DNA of 64,000 bases. Source: Somniosus microcephalus. Lineage: Eukaryota. The notes under the pieces are model-generated. The model searched no databases. It saw nothing but the letters and a program-made list of their open reading frames with translations, and was not told the origin of the DNA. The stretch is from the NCBI GenBank assembly GCA_052327205.1, contig CM126209.1:63860001-63924000 (forward strand). Direction: 5' to 3'. Below, in pieces: positions 22,211 through 34,676 of this stretch (its first letter is position 1; the number at the start of each line of letters is the position of its first letter). A program made the position numbers and the translations under genes.

Positions 22211-25200
22211 TGGTCCAGACCTGATCCTCTGCTTTGACCCAACTAAAAGCTTGGGATGGAATTGCTTAGTTCATGCATCTGCCATCACCCTATTACGGCC
22301 TGCATGCTGACAGCATCTCATGGCAACCAGAGGTCATTCTCACTTTTTGAATTCTTTTTAAAAGGAGACTACAGCCCATAACAACAGAGAGATTGGCCAC
22401 AGATGGTCGACACGTGCCCCCCCCCCCACCCCCCTACCCTTCACCCCAACCACCGCTGTATCAGGATTCTGAGGAGGAAGATTGGAGCTCCTGGGGAGGG
22501 AGTGTCCAGCAGCAGTCAGACACAGGGGAAGTAGAAAGGCAGGTCCCAGCTGCAAGTTTGTCAGGACATTCTGCTTCTCTTCCATCTCCTACTGTACCTC
22601 GCATTATACCAGTCAGTTAGCTGGATCATGAAACGCTCCTCACACTCCTACTGAAAGTGACGTGAACTCTGCTCCTCATCAACCCATTGTAACCTTTCTC
22701 CCTTTCCTAGGTGTGCCTGAGTAAGTAGAAACAGGCCCCTCTGCATCCAGTTCTGTCAGCATTTCAGAGTACCCACTGTCACTCACTCTTATCTCTGAAG
22801 CACCAGCCCAGAGATGTGCCACCCAGGGAGGGAATTAGTGGGCGGAATAGACTGGTGAGATACAGAGGGCGAGTGAGCAGGAGCAGCTGGGTGTGGAAGA
22901 TGAGGAGGAAGACTTTGCTCACCAGAGGATCAGGAGATATCTCCGCTTGGTTGAAGATGTGCCCGGGGCCCCACATCTCAAGGCTCCTGCTTTTAAAAGA
23001 AGGAAGCTTGTAGAGCAACAAATGTACATGCAGGCATTGGGGATGGTTTGCAAAATGTGCAGCAGATGACAGGTTAAATAGAGGAGTCCCATATCCATGG
23101 TACCCTGATGGATGGCTCTCAGAACTGCTCTGATGAAGGGTGTTTCACTGAAACATTGGCCCGCAAAGCGAAGGCGTTCGCCACTGGCCCCGAAGTAAGC
23201 TGCCCACAAAGATCTCATGATCTCTGTGGTGAGAAGTTCGGCTTTTCCGACGCGCTGTTGAAATCAGCGCGAGTTAATGGGGAATCCCTAATGCGAGCTG
23301 CTGTGACATCAACAAGCTGTCTAAGCAGCCAATCACAATGCAGAATTCTCATAGACCAGGAAGTGAGTAAGCTCCTTTTATTCTAACTTTTTAAAAATGT
23401 TATAGAGAGCAAAACAAAGATTGGGGCTCTCACATGGGGAAAAGACAAACCAGAAATAAAGATGAACACATTTAAAAACATTTTTTTTTAAATTTAAGTT
23501 TCTTAAAAATTTAAATTTTTATTAACATGGATAAATTTGACACTCCACAAAATTAAAATTAGTTTTCCAGGGCCATAACCTTTGTTTAACAGTCAATATG
23601 CTGTTAAAACCCCAGTTACACCTAATCCAAAGGGTCTAACTTTTAATGGGGTATTTAACAGCGATATTACCGCGAAGAGCGAAAGTTTTTGTCAGTTTCC
23701 CTGATTTGACAGATTTCACTGATTGCCGTTGGGGGGTGTGTGCATGGGGCACAGCGCAGCCTGTGGCGGAGCAGTGAATGACTGACCGCAACTTCAGGAC
23801 TTCCCCATTAGGTTGCACATGCGCTACATCCTGAAGTTGCAGTCAGTTTCAAAGGGGTAATAACAGCGAATGCATTAACTTGTCTTTCAATTTTTCTAGC
23901 TGATTACTGACCTGCTGTGTAATTCTAGAATTTTCTGTTTGCGTTTTATTTGTCTTATAGAGGAAACATATTGAAAGAATTGGAATTTAGTGCAACAAAA
24001 GCTGAACGGAGGAGACAGCTGACATTTAAATTAAATATTCAAAATGAATGTTGTGAGTGAAGATACCAGATAACTTATACTATAATGATCGCCATTCTCA
24101 GCACTGCTTTCACCAATAATCCAATGAAGCTTTTTAAAAATAGCTATTAATAAAATAAAAACAACCATGAGAATGTTGATTACTTTGATTATTAAATTTA
24201 ATAAATTCCAATCATTCTCCAGTGACATGGCTTACGGGGAGCCAATATCAAGTGAGGTCTTCAGATGAAGTGAGGATAGAGGCTGGGGGATAATTGCATC
24301 AGAGTGCTCAGACATAATTTGGTACCCATTTTAAAGTCATATACCATCTGTATTTTATATAATACTATGATTTTATATTATTATTTATGGTTAAATAGCA
24401 AAACATGCATTTATTTGAGAAATAGAGAAGCAGAGTTGGTTGGAGCATCGGAAATTCTCTGCAGCACTGGTTGAGGAGGTGGGAGGCGCAAAACTGATGT
24501 GATACAATGGCACCACTAGAGGGAGGGTGAAATTACAGTGTTGACATTGCCAGCTCCCATTATAAATGTAAGTGTTGGAATTCATAATGGGAAAGGTTGA
24601 CAGGAGGGTTTAACTATAAATTGATCTTCTGTGGTCTTAAACATGGGCATTCAAGGCCAAATGTAGTATTCAAGTCAAGGAGGGTTTGAAGGCAAAGTGT
24701 TAAGATAACCCAGGCAGGTGAGGGGGAGAAGACAGATGTGAGGGCTGAAGAAGGCTGGGGTGATAGGGAAGAGGACTGTGGGGGTGGGGGGTGGTGGAGG
24801 GGCAGAGAAGGGGGAAATAGGAAAGAGGAGGGGAGAGGAGGGAATTGGAAGAGGAAGGGGACATGGGTGCAAGAGAATAGGGATGGGGAGGGGGGAGTGA
24901 TTGGGAGGGGAACAGGAGATCAAAGGCATGGAAACTATCACAGTGCAAGGGGGAGGGCAAGCCCGGAAACTCTCTCAGAGGGATGAAGTTCCAGTAAGCT
25001 ACCCGCCCCTCAATGGCAGGGAGGGAATTTCATGCAGGTGTCTAACAAGAGTCCATGAGGAGGATGTTCCCCATGGTCTCTAACTTGGCTAAGCAAGGGT
25101 AGAAGGCATGGACTTCAGCAGGTTTTAGACCAGAAAAAAATTTGGTGTGTCAAGCATCGCCATATGAAATTCTACAACGTTCCCGCTGATTTGTTGGCGG

Positions 25201-26045
25201 GTTAGCGGGTTTCATTTGAATCATCATCTCGAGAGGATGAATATTAATTATGCATTTAAATTGTAATTACATCACTGTGCTTTGAATCTATAGTTCAGCA
25301 AACTGTTATCTTTGGCCCAGAAAATCTGTTCATCCAGTCAGTGGCTTTGTAAAGAAGCTGGAGGGTGACACTTTACTAACATAATGTGACAAGTCATTTA
25401 ACATTACAAATGCTAATTACAGCACCACTTACAAACTTAAGTGATACTGCAGGTAAATGCTGAGAGTTTTCCTTTGGGCTTTCCCATTGACAGAGCCTGA
25501 TCCAGGAATATTCAATGTAACCACACAGTGGTTTCAAAAGATAATAGATGTATCACGAAGGGAAAGAAAGATCGTGATTGGATGAGCAGGAGAGGAACCA
25601 ATAGAGCGAAATTCTCCTCTGAATTACTGACCATATTGGGATATAAAATGGGTTCTTAAAGGCTACTGTCTCAAATGTGCTGCTAAAAAATTGCATCAGA
25701 ATAATCCTCCCAAAAAATTGCCAGTCTCCTTTAAGGCCCACCTGCTTCACTGCATTTGAGTGGGGTCAAGGGAACATGGCTAACCCCAAACCCATTTCAC
25801 TAATTTCGCTCCCAAGCCCACCCCAAGTAATTACCTCCACTATGGCTGGTATGAGCTGCAGTAAAGTATCCCTGAGATAGATACCACATTGAGGAAGTAT
25901 TTTGTTTCATGCTACTGAAGGCCAGTGTTATTTTCCCTGCATATCAATCTGCTTAGTATTTTGGAGGTTAATCAAGACTTTTGCTGCTAGTTTAACTCAG
26001 TTCTGCCCAAAGTACTAATTTGCACTGGAGGCAAAAATCTCCCAA

Positions 26046-26950
26046 TGGGAATCCCGCTGTTCTTATGAAAGGGAGGAGGATGAGGACGTGGAAGAAGCTG
26101 AATTGGAGGCTCTTAGAGCGAGGTTTCACAGAAGGCATCTCTTCTCTTCATGCAGATACCCACTCACCAGGGTATACAGATCAAGAAGGTCTTACTTAGT
26201 GCCTCAGAAAGCTACGCTTCCCCCTGGGGAAGATACGTCACCTGCTGGCTGAAAACCTGCATCCTACTTCCACCAGAAAAACAGCATTGTCTGTATCAGT
26301 CAAGATCACCACTGACTTTGCAACAGGATCTTTCAGGGCACCATCAGATGACCTTTGCCAAGTTAGTCAAGCAGCAGTTCATCACTGATGTTCTACTCAG
26401 GAGGACGGTGCAACTCACATCCTTCACAACAGACCCAGAGAAAGAAAGAGATCTATCCACTTCTACAGAATGCAGGGAGCACTCAAAGCCCAATATGACA
26501 ACCTCCGGAACCTTATGAACAAAAAAGGCTTTAATTCTATTAATCTGCAGCTAGTGTGCAATGCCAATTATCTTATCCTGCACATGAATGCAGAATACCC
26601 AACAATCCACCAAGCCAACCCTCATAACTCAAGAGCCATGTATCAGGATGGTTTATTGGTGCTCAGGGCTATCCCCTGCAGTCATAGCTGATGACACGAG
26701 TTAGGCTTCCACAGACAGATGACAACAACAGATACAAGGAAGCCTATGCAACTGCAAGAAGTGTCATTGAGCAGACTTTAAGATTTCTGAAGTCTTGATT
26801 TAGGTGCCTAGATAAATCTGGTGGAGCCATGCAATATACAGTAGCTCAGCCAGAGTCCCCAGAATCCTTGTAGCATATAACATCACAATGAAGAAAGGCT
26901 TACTACTTCTGGAGGGTGAAGGCAATGAGATGGGAAGAACCTTCCTCCCC
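26046..26950 (+). pseudogene. Heavily decayed Harbinger transposase
   Basis: Remnants KKGFNSINLQLVC and ARSVIEQTL..LKS*FRCLDKSGGAMQY. Confidence 0.75.
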
Positions 26951-27833
26951 ACAGAATAACCAGGGTGTAAAGGTAGGAGAAGTTGTGGAACACAACAGCC
27001 GGCAGCCTGAGAAAGGAGGGCACAGCTGATGGCCCAGTGTTTTCAATAAATAATGGTTGACTCAGCAAATAAAATCACTTCACACCTGCCTGTTTCCCCC
27101 CACACCCTGACAAAGTGCCTCAAGTGTCTATATTTTCCCTGCCACCATCCAAATCCCAAAAGTTGAAAGCGTATTCAGAAATGAACTCAAACCTCTGTGA
27201 GCCAGCTGTGATTACAGTACAGAACAACATTCACCCAAAAGTGCCAACAATCTACTAACTCTATCTACAACTACCTTCTTAGCAGCAGTTCTACCATTAG
27301 TGCCAGCTAACTTACTTGCTCAAACTCTTAGGCCTAGAAATTCGGTTGGTTGCGCCAGCGATTAGTGCCTAAAGAGCCCAAGAATTGGGGCGTTACCCAA
27401 TGTTCGGGCGGGCGCAATGAAGATAGCGACACCTCCCATATTGCGTATCCATTTAGCGCCAGCGCTAACTCTTAGCACGCGCCCGCGTGCGCAGGCAGTT
27501 AATGATGCCATTTCAGTGTGCAACGCCTTTTTGGCGCCCCTGACCGGATATTCGGTGGCGCCCGGAACCTTTCCGCCTGGTGCTATTAGTGACAGTTGGA
27601 TGGAACGTTCCCAGGCCCTTCTCGGAGTTGGGGGGCGCTATTTAAAGGGGACAGCTCTAGTATAAAAGCTGCAGGCACTTGGCCTGTTCATTCTGTTCGT
27701 TGCTGGAGAGAGTTGGTGAACTACTGTTGCACACTATTTTTTGGATTTAGCCTTCGAAGACTTGGGACCTGCAGCCCTGTCCGGAGCAGTTGGAGCGCTA
27801 GACATTACTGCGTGTTGCCCGTCTGGCATAGCA

Positions 27834-29003
27834 ATGGGAGCTGCTTTGGAGGGGAACGTCCTCATGGCCGGACACTTGGAAGGGGCACAGAGACGGCGGG
27901 AGAGAGGGCCGGGATTGGCCAGAAGGAGGAGGGGCAATGGAGGTCGGCCAATCCGACGATACGCTGCGAGGGTTTTCAGGCAGCAGGTGTCATACCTTAC
28001 CATGTCCGAGGAGCAGTGTCTGCGAAGGTTCAGATTCGGTAAGGAGGTTGTGACTGAGCTGTGCCACCTGCTTGCTGAGGATCTGCAGCCGCGTCTACGG
28101 TGCAGGACCTCTCTGGCGGTTGCCGTCAAAGTGACTGTTGCCCTGAACTTTTACGCAAGCGGATCCTTTCAGTCAGTCACTGGGGACATCGCGAATATAA
28201 CACAATTTGCAGTGCATTGTTGCATCCGGCAAGTGACAGCTGCCCTCTATAGAAGGAGGCATCAATTAATCACCTTCCCTGTGACCCTGGAGAAGCAGGC
28301 GGAGCGTGCGCAGGGCTTCGCTGCTATTGCGGACTTCCCCATGGTGCAGGGGGCCATAGATTGCACACACGTGGCTTTGCGGGCGCCATTGCAGAATCCA
28401 GAGGAGTTCCACAACCGAAAGGGGTTCCACTCCCTCAATGTCCAGCTGGTCTGTGACCACCGCCAGATGATAATGGCAGTCAACGCACAATTCCCTGGGA
28501 GCAGCCACGATGCGTTCATCCTGCGGCAGACCTCAGTTTCTGACCTTTTTGAGGGCCCGGCTCACCCACGAGGCTGGCTTCTGAGCGACAAGGGCTATCC
28601 TCTCTGCCCATGGCTCACGACCCCACTCCGTTTGCCCGCCACCCCGGCAGAAGAGCTTTACAACAGCAGCCATCAGGCGACCAGGAACATTGTCGAGCAC
28701 ACTATTGGTGTGCTCAAACAGCGTTTCCGCTCTCTGGACCATTCGGGGGGAGCCCTGCAGTATTCGCCGGAGCAAGTGGGTCGCATCGTCGTCGTCTGCT
28801 GCATGCTCCACAACTTGGCCATTCGACGAACCCAGCCAATGCCAGCCGACCCTCAAGGTCCAGCAGAGCAGGCGGACGAGGAGGAGGAGGAGGAGGAGGA
28901 GGAGGAAGAGCAGGCGGACGAGGAGGAGGAGGAGGAGGAAGATGGGAGGGCTCCTGAAAGTGGAAGGGCCGTCCATCAGAGGCTCATAAGGACTCGGTTC
29001 TAG
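27834..29003 (+). CDS. Harbinger DDE transposase (HARBI1-like family), open frame
   Basis: ALNFYASGSFQ, GAIDCTH, RKGFHSLNVQLVCD, PGSSHDA, SDKGY, RNIVEHTIGVLKQRF, CCMLHN, poly-E tail. The ATG at 27834 was chosen by alignment with the MGA start of H2. Confidence 0.93.
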   Translation: MGAALEGNVLMAGHLEGAQRRRERGPGLARRRRGNGGRPIRRYAARVFRQQVSYLTMSEEQCLRRFRFGKEVVTELCHLLAEDLQPRLRCRTSLAVAVKVTVALNFYASGSFQSVTGDIANITQFAVHCCIRQVTAALYRRRHQLITFPVTLEKQAERAQGFAAIADFPMVQGAIDCTHVALRAPLQNPEEFHNRKGFHSLNVQLVCDHRQMIMAVNAQFPGSSHDAFILRQTSVSDLFEGPAHPRGWLLSDKGYPLCPWLTTPLRLPATPAEELYNSSHQATRNIVEHTIGVLKQRFRSLDHSGGALQYSPEQVGRIVVVCCMLHNLAIRRTQPMPADPQGPAEQADEEEEEEEEEEEQADEEEEEEEDGRAPESGRAVHQRLIRTRF

Positions 29004-29298
29004 GCTCCTCTGGTGGAATGATGGCTATCATTCGTCCTGCGCGCTTCGGATCGTTCAAAGCTTAGGAAGTCCACTATGAGTGTATATAGTTACGAGTACC
29101 ATTGTAAATAAAAAAAATTCTTTATTGTCAAAAAAGTGCTTCCTTCCAGCATAACAACGTCATGTCAACAGAAACCATAACTAACAAAATAACAGTCAAC
29201 TCTCTGGCAAAGCCGCAAAACTAAACAAACCATCACAAACATCACATCAGGTGAGGGCGTCCTTGAATTTGGAGGAAGAAACGTCTCAGCAACTCCCT

Positions 29299-31331
29299 CT
29301 ACTGTTGGTCCCTTGATGGAGACCGACTTCTCTTTCGCGGTCGGCCCCTTCCCTCCCTGCTGCTCCTACGTAATTGAACCCCAGTGGCGGGGCCAAGGCT
29401 GGGGACGCCTGGTGACTGTCTGGAATCGCAGAAGCCCCTGATGGACGGCCTGGACGACCTCTGGGCTTGGAGGGTGCAGAGGCTGGCTGCTTGATCTGAC
29501 CATGGCTGGAAGCAGTGTGCACTGCAGGTGGTGGCAGCTGCACTGCAGACGTTCCAGCGGTGGCATGAGCAATGGTCACCTGCCGAGAGAGGACACCTGC
29601 ACCATGGTCGGACGACACACTGGCTCTCGGAGGGGACTGGCTCGGCTCCACCGCCACAAGTGACTGCTCCACTGATTCCTGGCCTCGTGTGGTACTGGAA
29701 GGGCCCGAGGTGATCCTAGCTGATGCAGATAGGATGGCAGCAGTGAGAGTTCGCGTTGCCTCAATCTGGGTGTGGACGAGGCCAGCAAGTGACTGCGTGG
29801 CAGCAGTGAGGACCTGTGTGGCAGGTGCCAGTGCTTCAGAGAAGCCCTGGACAGTTCTCTCCATTGCTTCGGACAAGGCTGGAGCAGTCCGTTCCACTGC
29901 CTCGGACAAGCCCTGGACATACCTTTCCAGGGATTGTCCGAAGCTCTGAACAGTCCTTTCCATAGTGGCCTCGAAGCCCTGGACAGTCCTCTCCATTGCT
30001 GCCCCGAAGCCCTGGACAGTCCTCTCCATTGCAGCGCCAAAGTCCAGCACACTCTTTGCCAGTGTTTCTATCGACTGAGGCATCCTCCCCACTGCAGCCA
30101 TAAGCTCAGTGTGCCTGAGCCGGGCCTGGGTGCTCATTTCAGCCAGGCTACGCACCTCCTCTGCACTCTGTGCAGCAGTCATCGCTCCCTGCCTCGCCCT
30201 CCGGGGAGCCGGTGCCCGAACTTGCCTACCCCCCTTGCGTTGATGCAGGCCGCTTGTTCCGGCAACTGGCTCCTCATCAGAGCACCCCCCTCCCCTCCAG
30301 GGAGCTACTATCCCCAGTCTGCAGATGTGTTGGCTCCCCTGCGGCGGGAACGGATGGTGCGGCTTCCTCCTGATCCTCGCCTCCGGAGCCACTGGCACTG
30401 GCAGCTTTAGGGCCCGGATCCCGAGCTGGTGATGCAGCATCTGAAAGCAGGGAGGTGGAAGAGTGGCTTTAGCAAAAGGACAGGTTGGCAGCAAGGCATG
30501 CCAGATTGCGGCAAGACTATGACATGGCTCCACAGTGGGAAAGCATGCTGGCAGGGGGACCAAGTGGAAGGAGACAGCTGAAAAAGGTGAGATCCTTACC
30601 ATTGCTGTCGACAATGGGGTCGGCAGCTGCAGTGGTAACAGGACCACTCAGAGGTCCTCCAAGAATCTGATGCACTCTCTCCTCGAGATCCGTCAGAGTG
30701 ACCACTTGTGGAGGTCCTCCACCGATTCGAAGCTGGTCCTTGCGAATCGTCGCCAGCTTGGACTGCAGGGGAAAGAAGGGGAAGTTCTGTTACATGATGC
30801 CCTGAGTGATCATCTCATGCCCCCCATGGTGCAAGAGCCCTTACATGATGCCCTGAGTGATCATCTCATGCCCCCCATGGTGCAAGAGCCCTTACATGAT
30901 GCCCTGAGTGATCATCTCATGCCCCCCATGGTGCAAGAGCCCTTACATGACGCCTTGAGTCAAATGTGCATGTGTGTGCCCAGAAAGGGCCATGGGTGCT
31001 TGCTGACACATGGCCACTGGGGCATCGTGCACCCTGTAGTCATGAAGTCAGGTGCAGATGGAGGGAATCAGAAGTTTGCATAAACACCACTCACCCTAAC
31101 GACCCGAGTGAGGTCGTTGAATTTCTTCCTGCACTGAACAGGGCTCCTGGTCGCCATGCTGCTGGAGTTGACCCTCTGACAAACATCCATCCAAGCTCGG
31201 CGGTAGTCCTTTTGATTCGGCCTCCTGCCATTGTCAGGACAGAGAACATCTCGACGGCGCTGCACTGCGGCCACCAACTGCTCCAGAGCCTCAGTGCTGA
31301 TGCGCTCTGCTCTCTGTCTCATCTTCTCCAT
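29299..31331 (-). pseudogene. Three-exon Myb/SANT-like accessory gene of H1 (exons 31331-31095, 30762-30600, 30440-~29299), two apparent frameshifts
   Basis: LEQLVAAVQRRRDVL..W..V..RSPVQCRKKFNDL; GTGAGT and GTAAGG donors, CAG acceptors. Exon sizes 237 and 163 nt equal those of H2. Frame breaks near 30290 (G-run) and 29405. Confidence 0.88.
30790..30962. repeat. 51-bp tandem repeat (~3.4 copies) in intron 1 of the H1 Myb-like gene
   Basis: Unit TTACATGATGCCCTGAGTGATCATCTCATGCCCCCCATGGTGCAAGAGCCC at 30790, 30841 and 30892. Confidence 0.95.
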
Positions 31332-33539
31332 CTTGACCAAGTTTTTTGCGCCAGAGAAGGGCGTGCGCCGATTCTGAGGCCTACAGGGTGATGAGTGTGG
31401 AAGCTGAGGCTGACTGACCCACCCCTTTAAGAGCCGGCCGGCGCCTGGAAGTCTCGTGGTTATCGGTAATTGAGATCACCTGTGCTGCGCCCGTCTGCGC
31501 CGACATTGGGTAGCGCTGGAAGTTTTGCGCCTTAGGAGGCCCGTGCAACGTCTGAATTCGCGCCTCAATCACCTTTGGGGGCGATGCAACCCAATATCGC
31601 GCCAGGCGGCGATAAGTTTCGTCTGGCTATAAACTTTGCGCAGCGCCAGTTCTAATGCCTCAAGCGGGACTATACCCAATTTCTAGGCCTTAATCTGCCA
31701 CTCCTGCAAGGCGCTCCCTGAGTGAGGTGAGATTGGTTTAAGTCCCCTGGAGCCTCAGAGGTCTCAGGTGGCTATTGTTCCAGTGAAGCTGCTGTCCTAG
31801 AGAGATCGGTTTATGGCAGCCTTTCTCTTGCAGTGGCAAGGGGTGTATGTCTGAAGCTCCCTTATGTCCAGGCTTTGGAGGTGGTCCAAAGGAAGCAGGC
31901 TCATTGCCACTCTCTAGAGTGACAGTGACATTTGTAATCACTCCTTGCAGCATTCAATCTACAAAAGCCAGCAGGGAATCTTATCTGAAAAGATTTTATA
32001 AAAAATGAGACACAAATTTCTCATTTCAATAAAGCATGAGCATAATCATATTGAAACATCAGATAAAATGGGTAATAGTCCTCATAATGTCTGAAAGCAT
32101 TAAGGGATGGTGACATTTAGATGCGATTCACTGTTCATTCTGATTGAAAATTCTGGAAAGGTGATTACTTTTGAAAAAGAACTCCACATATTTCACAGCT
32201 GTATTGGAAGTGGCTGCTGTAATATTGTTTCATCGTGTGGATGCTGTTTGGGAGACATCGCACCACCTGTGTCTAGAAATTAGATGTGGCACTCAATACA
32301 ATTACAGCAAACAATCTTATTTTCTTAAGAAAAACTGGTGAGCATGGCACATTACAGTGAATTTTTAAAGGAGAAATAAAACCCAGAACAGCTTTCAAAC
32401 ATTTCTTGGCCATTTATAAACCACTGATATTGTAAAGGCATTCTGAAATGGCATCGTTATCTTCTGGTGCTTGAGCTTCTAATAAGATTGGAGTGGAGCG
32501 AAGTGCAAAAGTGGAAAACCCAATTCCTTTTATTTAAGAATTGTCGCCAGCTTGAAAGAAATCAATATTATTTTCATCATTATCATATATTGAAATGACA
32601 ATGAGAATAATGGCCTTGAAATTATACTGGACAAAATTAAAGTCAAAATGGTTAATAATGTTCATCTGCAATGTCTGTTGTTTTAACACAGGCGTTAACC
32701 CATTTAAAATAAATTCAAAACTAAGTAAAATCTGCTTGTGATTGGATATTTTTGAATTTCTGTTGGTATTTTCTTTTTAAGTATCTACATACCGCAGTTA
32801 TTAAAAATAAACACACAAGGCTAGAAATCACTGTTTTTGCATTTAGGAAGCATTAATTGAGTGTGGCTAAAGTTGTCCCAGCGTAATTAAGATTGAAATA
32901 CTGCTGCTTAACTTGCCTGAGATGCACAATAACAAATGTGCAACTGGATATCCAGTAGAATATAATGATCTGAAGCAGAGCCCTGAGTGAAGCAGATAGC
33001 AGGCACAGTGGGAGCACCGATTATGAATGCTCACACCGCTGCTATTGAGGTCTTCCATAGCTAGCTTTAACATGGTTGGACATCAGATACAGACATCTTG
33101 ACGCCATGGATTCACAGATTTCTTAGCTGGCCAAAATACTGCTCTCCGGCAGATCAGTGAACATGTTGAGGGACTGCCCAGCAGCAGGGGTATGCCTGTA
33201 GTAGTCACAGATGATGCAGCTGGCTCTGGAGGTGACGGCACTGTCACATTTCTCTCTGGCTTCATTCTGTGGCACTCTGTTCAGCTGCAGTGACACAAAC
33301 TCACCACATATGGGCTGAAAACCTGGCTCAATGAGTAGCTCACCAGTAGGACACCGTGCAGCATCTGATTTCCTATCCGTGCAACGGTTTATTAGTGCTT
33401 GCAAGGGCATGAGATGATTCACATGGTCAACTAGCTACTTGAGAGTCTTACCTTCCTGGTCAAGCAACCATACAATTAGATCATCTGGAACCAGTTCCAC
33501 AAATCTATCCCTCGACATTAGGTGACAAAGACCTTATAA

Positions 33540-34490
33540 TCTCTTACATTCTCACATTCTAGTCAAAGTTTCCAAATTTCCCCTAATTCTTTGTATGTAC
33601 TAAATTGATTTTTCCTTAGCTTCTTAGATTTTTGTCTGTATGCTTCAAACATTAAATCATAAGCATCAAGAATAGCACAATCTACAACTTCATAGATCAT
33701 ACCCTTAGACACAAGAAAAAGCTGCGAGTGGTTTAGTGCTCAGTGAAGGTATGAGATGACTTTTCCATATATCTTTGTTCCATTTATGATGGCTCACCAA
33801 TAATTTAAAAGCTCAAATTAAATTTTCAATATCATCTTCATCTTTGAAGTTTGAAATTAAATTAGTTGTAACAAAACTCTGGGCAAAATGTTCTGCACCC
33901 TCACCTATTGGATTCTCTGTCGATATGTGTTCCTCCTCGCTCTTTCTTGTTGGCTTAATGCTGGCACTGTTTCACTTTTACATTGGCCTCAAATTCATGC
34001 TGTTTTCTCTCCTCATCCCATGTACATTGCTCTTTCTCTTCTTCCTGTCTATGATGCTCTTCTTCCTGTCTACGATGCTCTTCTTCCTGTCTATGATGCT
34101 CTTCTTCCTGTCTACGATGCTCTTCTTTCTGTCTACGATGCTCTTCCTTCCTGTCTACAATGCTCTTCATCCTGTCTACGATGCTCTTCTTCCTGTCTAT
34201 GATGCTCTTCCTTCCTGTCTACAGTACTCTTCCTTCCTGCCTACGGTGCTCTTCCTTCCTGTCTACGATGCTCTTCTTCTTGTCTACGATGCTCTTCTTC
34301 CTGTCTACGATGCTCTTCCTTCCTGTCTGCGATGCTCTTCTTCCTGTCTATGATGCTCTTCTTCCTGTCTACGATGCTCTTCTTCCTGTCTACGATGCTC
34401 TTCTTATCTACGGTGCTCTTCTTCCTGGCTACGGTGCTCTTCTTCCTGTCTACAATGCCCTTGTTCTTTCTCAGCCTCCAGTTTCAGTAT
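33540..34490 (-). pseudogene. Decayed Gypsy gag remnant with an expanded coiled-coil repeat
   Basis: Minus-strand frames give LISNFKDEDDIE..KWNKDIW and YEVVDCAILDAYDLMFEAYRQK, resembling vertebrate Gypsy gag capsid motifs. Confidence 0.6.
34034..34457. repeat. 21-bp minisatellite TCTACGATGCTCTTCTTCCTG (~20 units; EEEHRRQ on the minus strand)
   Basis: Directly visible tandem array with a few 22-bp and 18-bp variants. Confidence 0.95.
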
Positions 34491-34517
34491 TTCTGAATGG
34501 AACACCCACTCCTTATC

Positions 34518-34676
34518 CAAAAGCAAAATACTGCGGATGCTGGAAATCTGAAATAAAAACAGAAAATGCTGGATACACACAGCAGGTCAGGCTGCAGCTA
34601 TGGAGAGAGAAACAGAGTTAACATTTCAGGTTGATGACCTTTCATCAGAACTGGAAAAAGTTAGAGATGTAACAGG
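34518..34676 (-). mobile_element. Penelope pLTR fragment with a degenerate hammerhead core
   Basis: Reverse complement matches about 57515-57650 (CCAGTTCTGATGAAAGGTCATCAACCTGAAATGTTAACTCTG). Confidence 0.8.

Larger units (their letters stand above)
27331..31689 (+). mobile_element. Full-length PIF/Harbinger transposon H1 (4359 bp)
   Basis: TIRs GGCCTAGAAATT; TTA TSD (27328-27330 and 31690-31692); transposase (+) and Myb-like gene (-) are convergent. Confidence 0.96.

Noticed and set aside
27834-29003. Host gene HARBI1 (and NAIF1/MSANTD for the Myb ORFs)
   Set aside because: The ORFs lie inside TIR/TSD-bounded elements with several related copies in the window, so they are transposon genes.
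29286-30647. 453-aa ORF as a standalone protein
   Set aside because: Its first part is intron and out-of-frame sequence; only the middle is the true frame of Myb exon 3.
30790-30962. Regular repeats here and at 59832-60000, 51991-52150 and 34034-34457 as possible CRISPR arrays
   Set aside because: They are head-to-tail repeats without unique spacers, there are no cas genes, and the context is eukaryotic.
33844-34621. Hydrophobic membrane-protein-like ORFs on the plus strand
   Set aside because: They are antisense translations of the 21-bp minisatellite.
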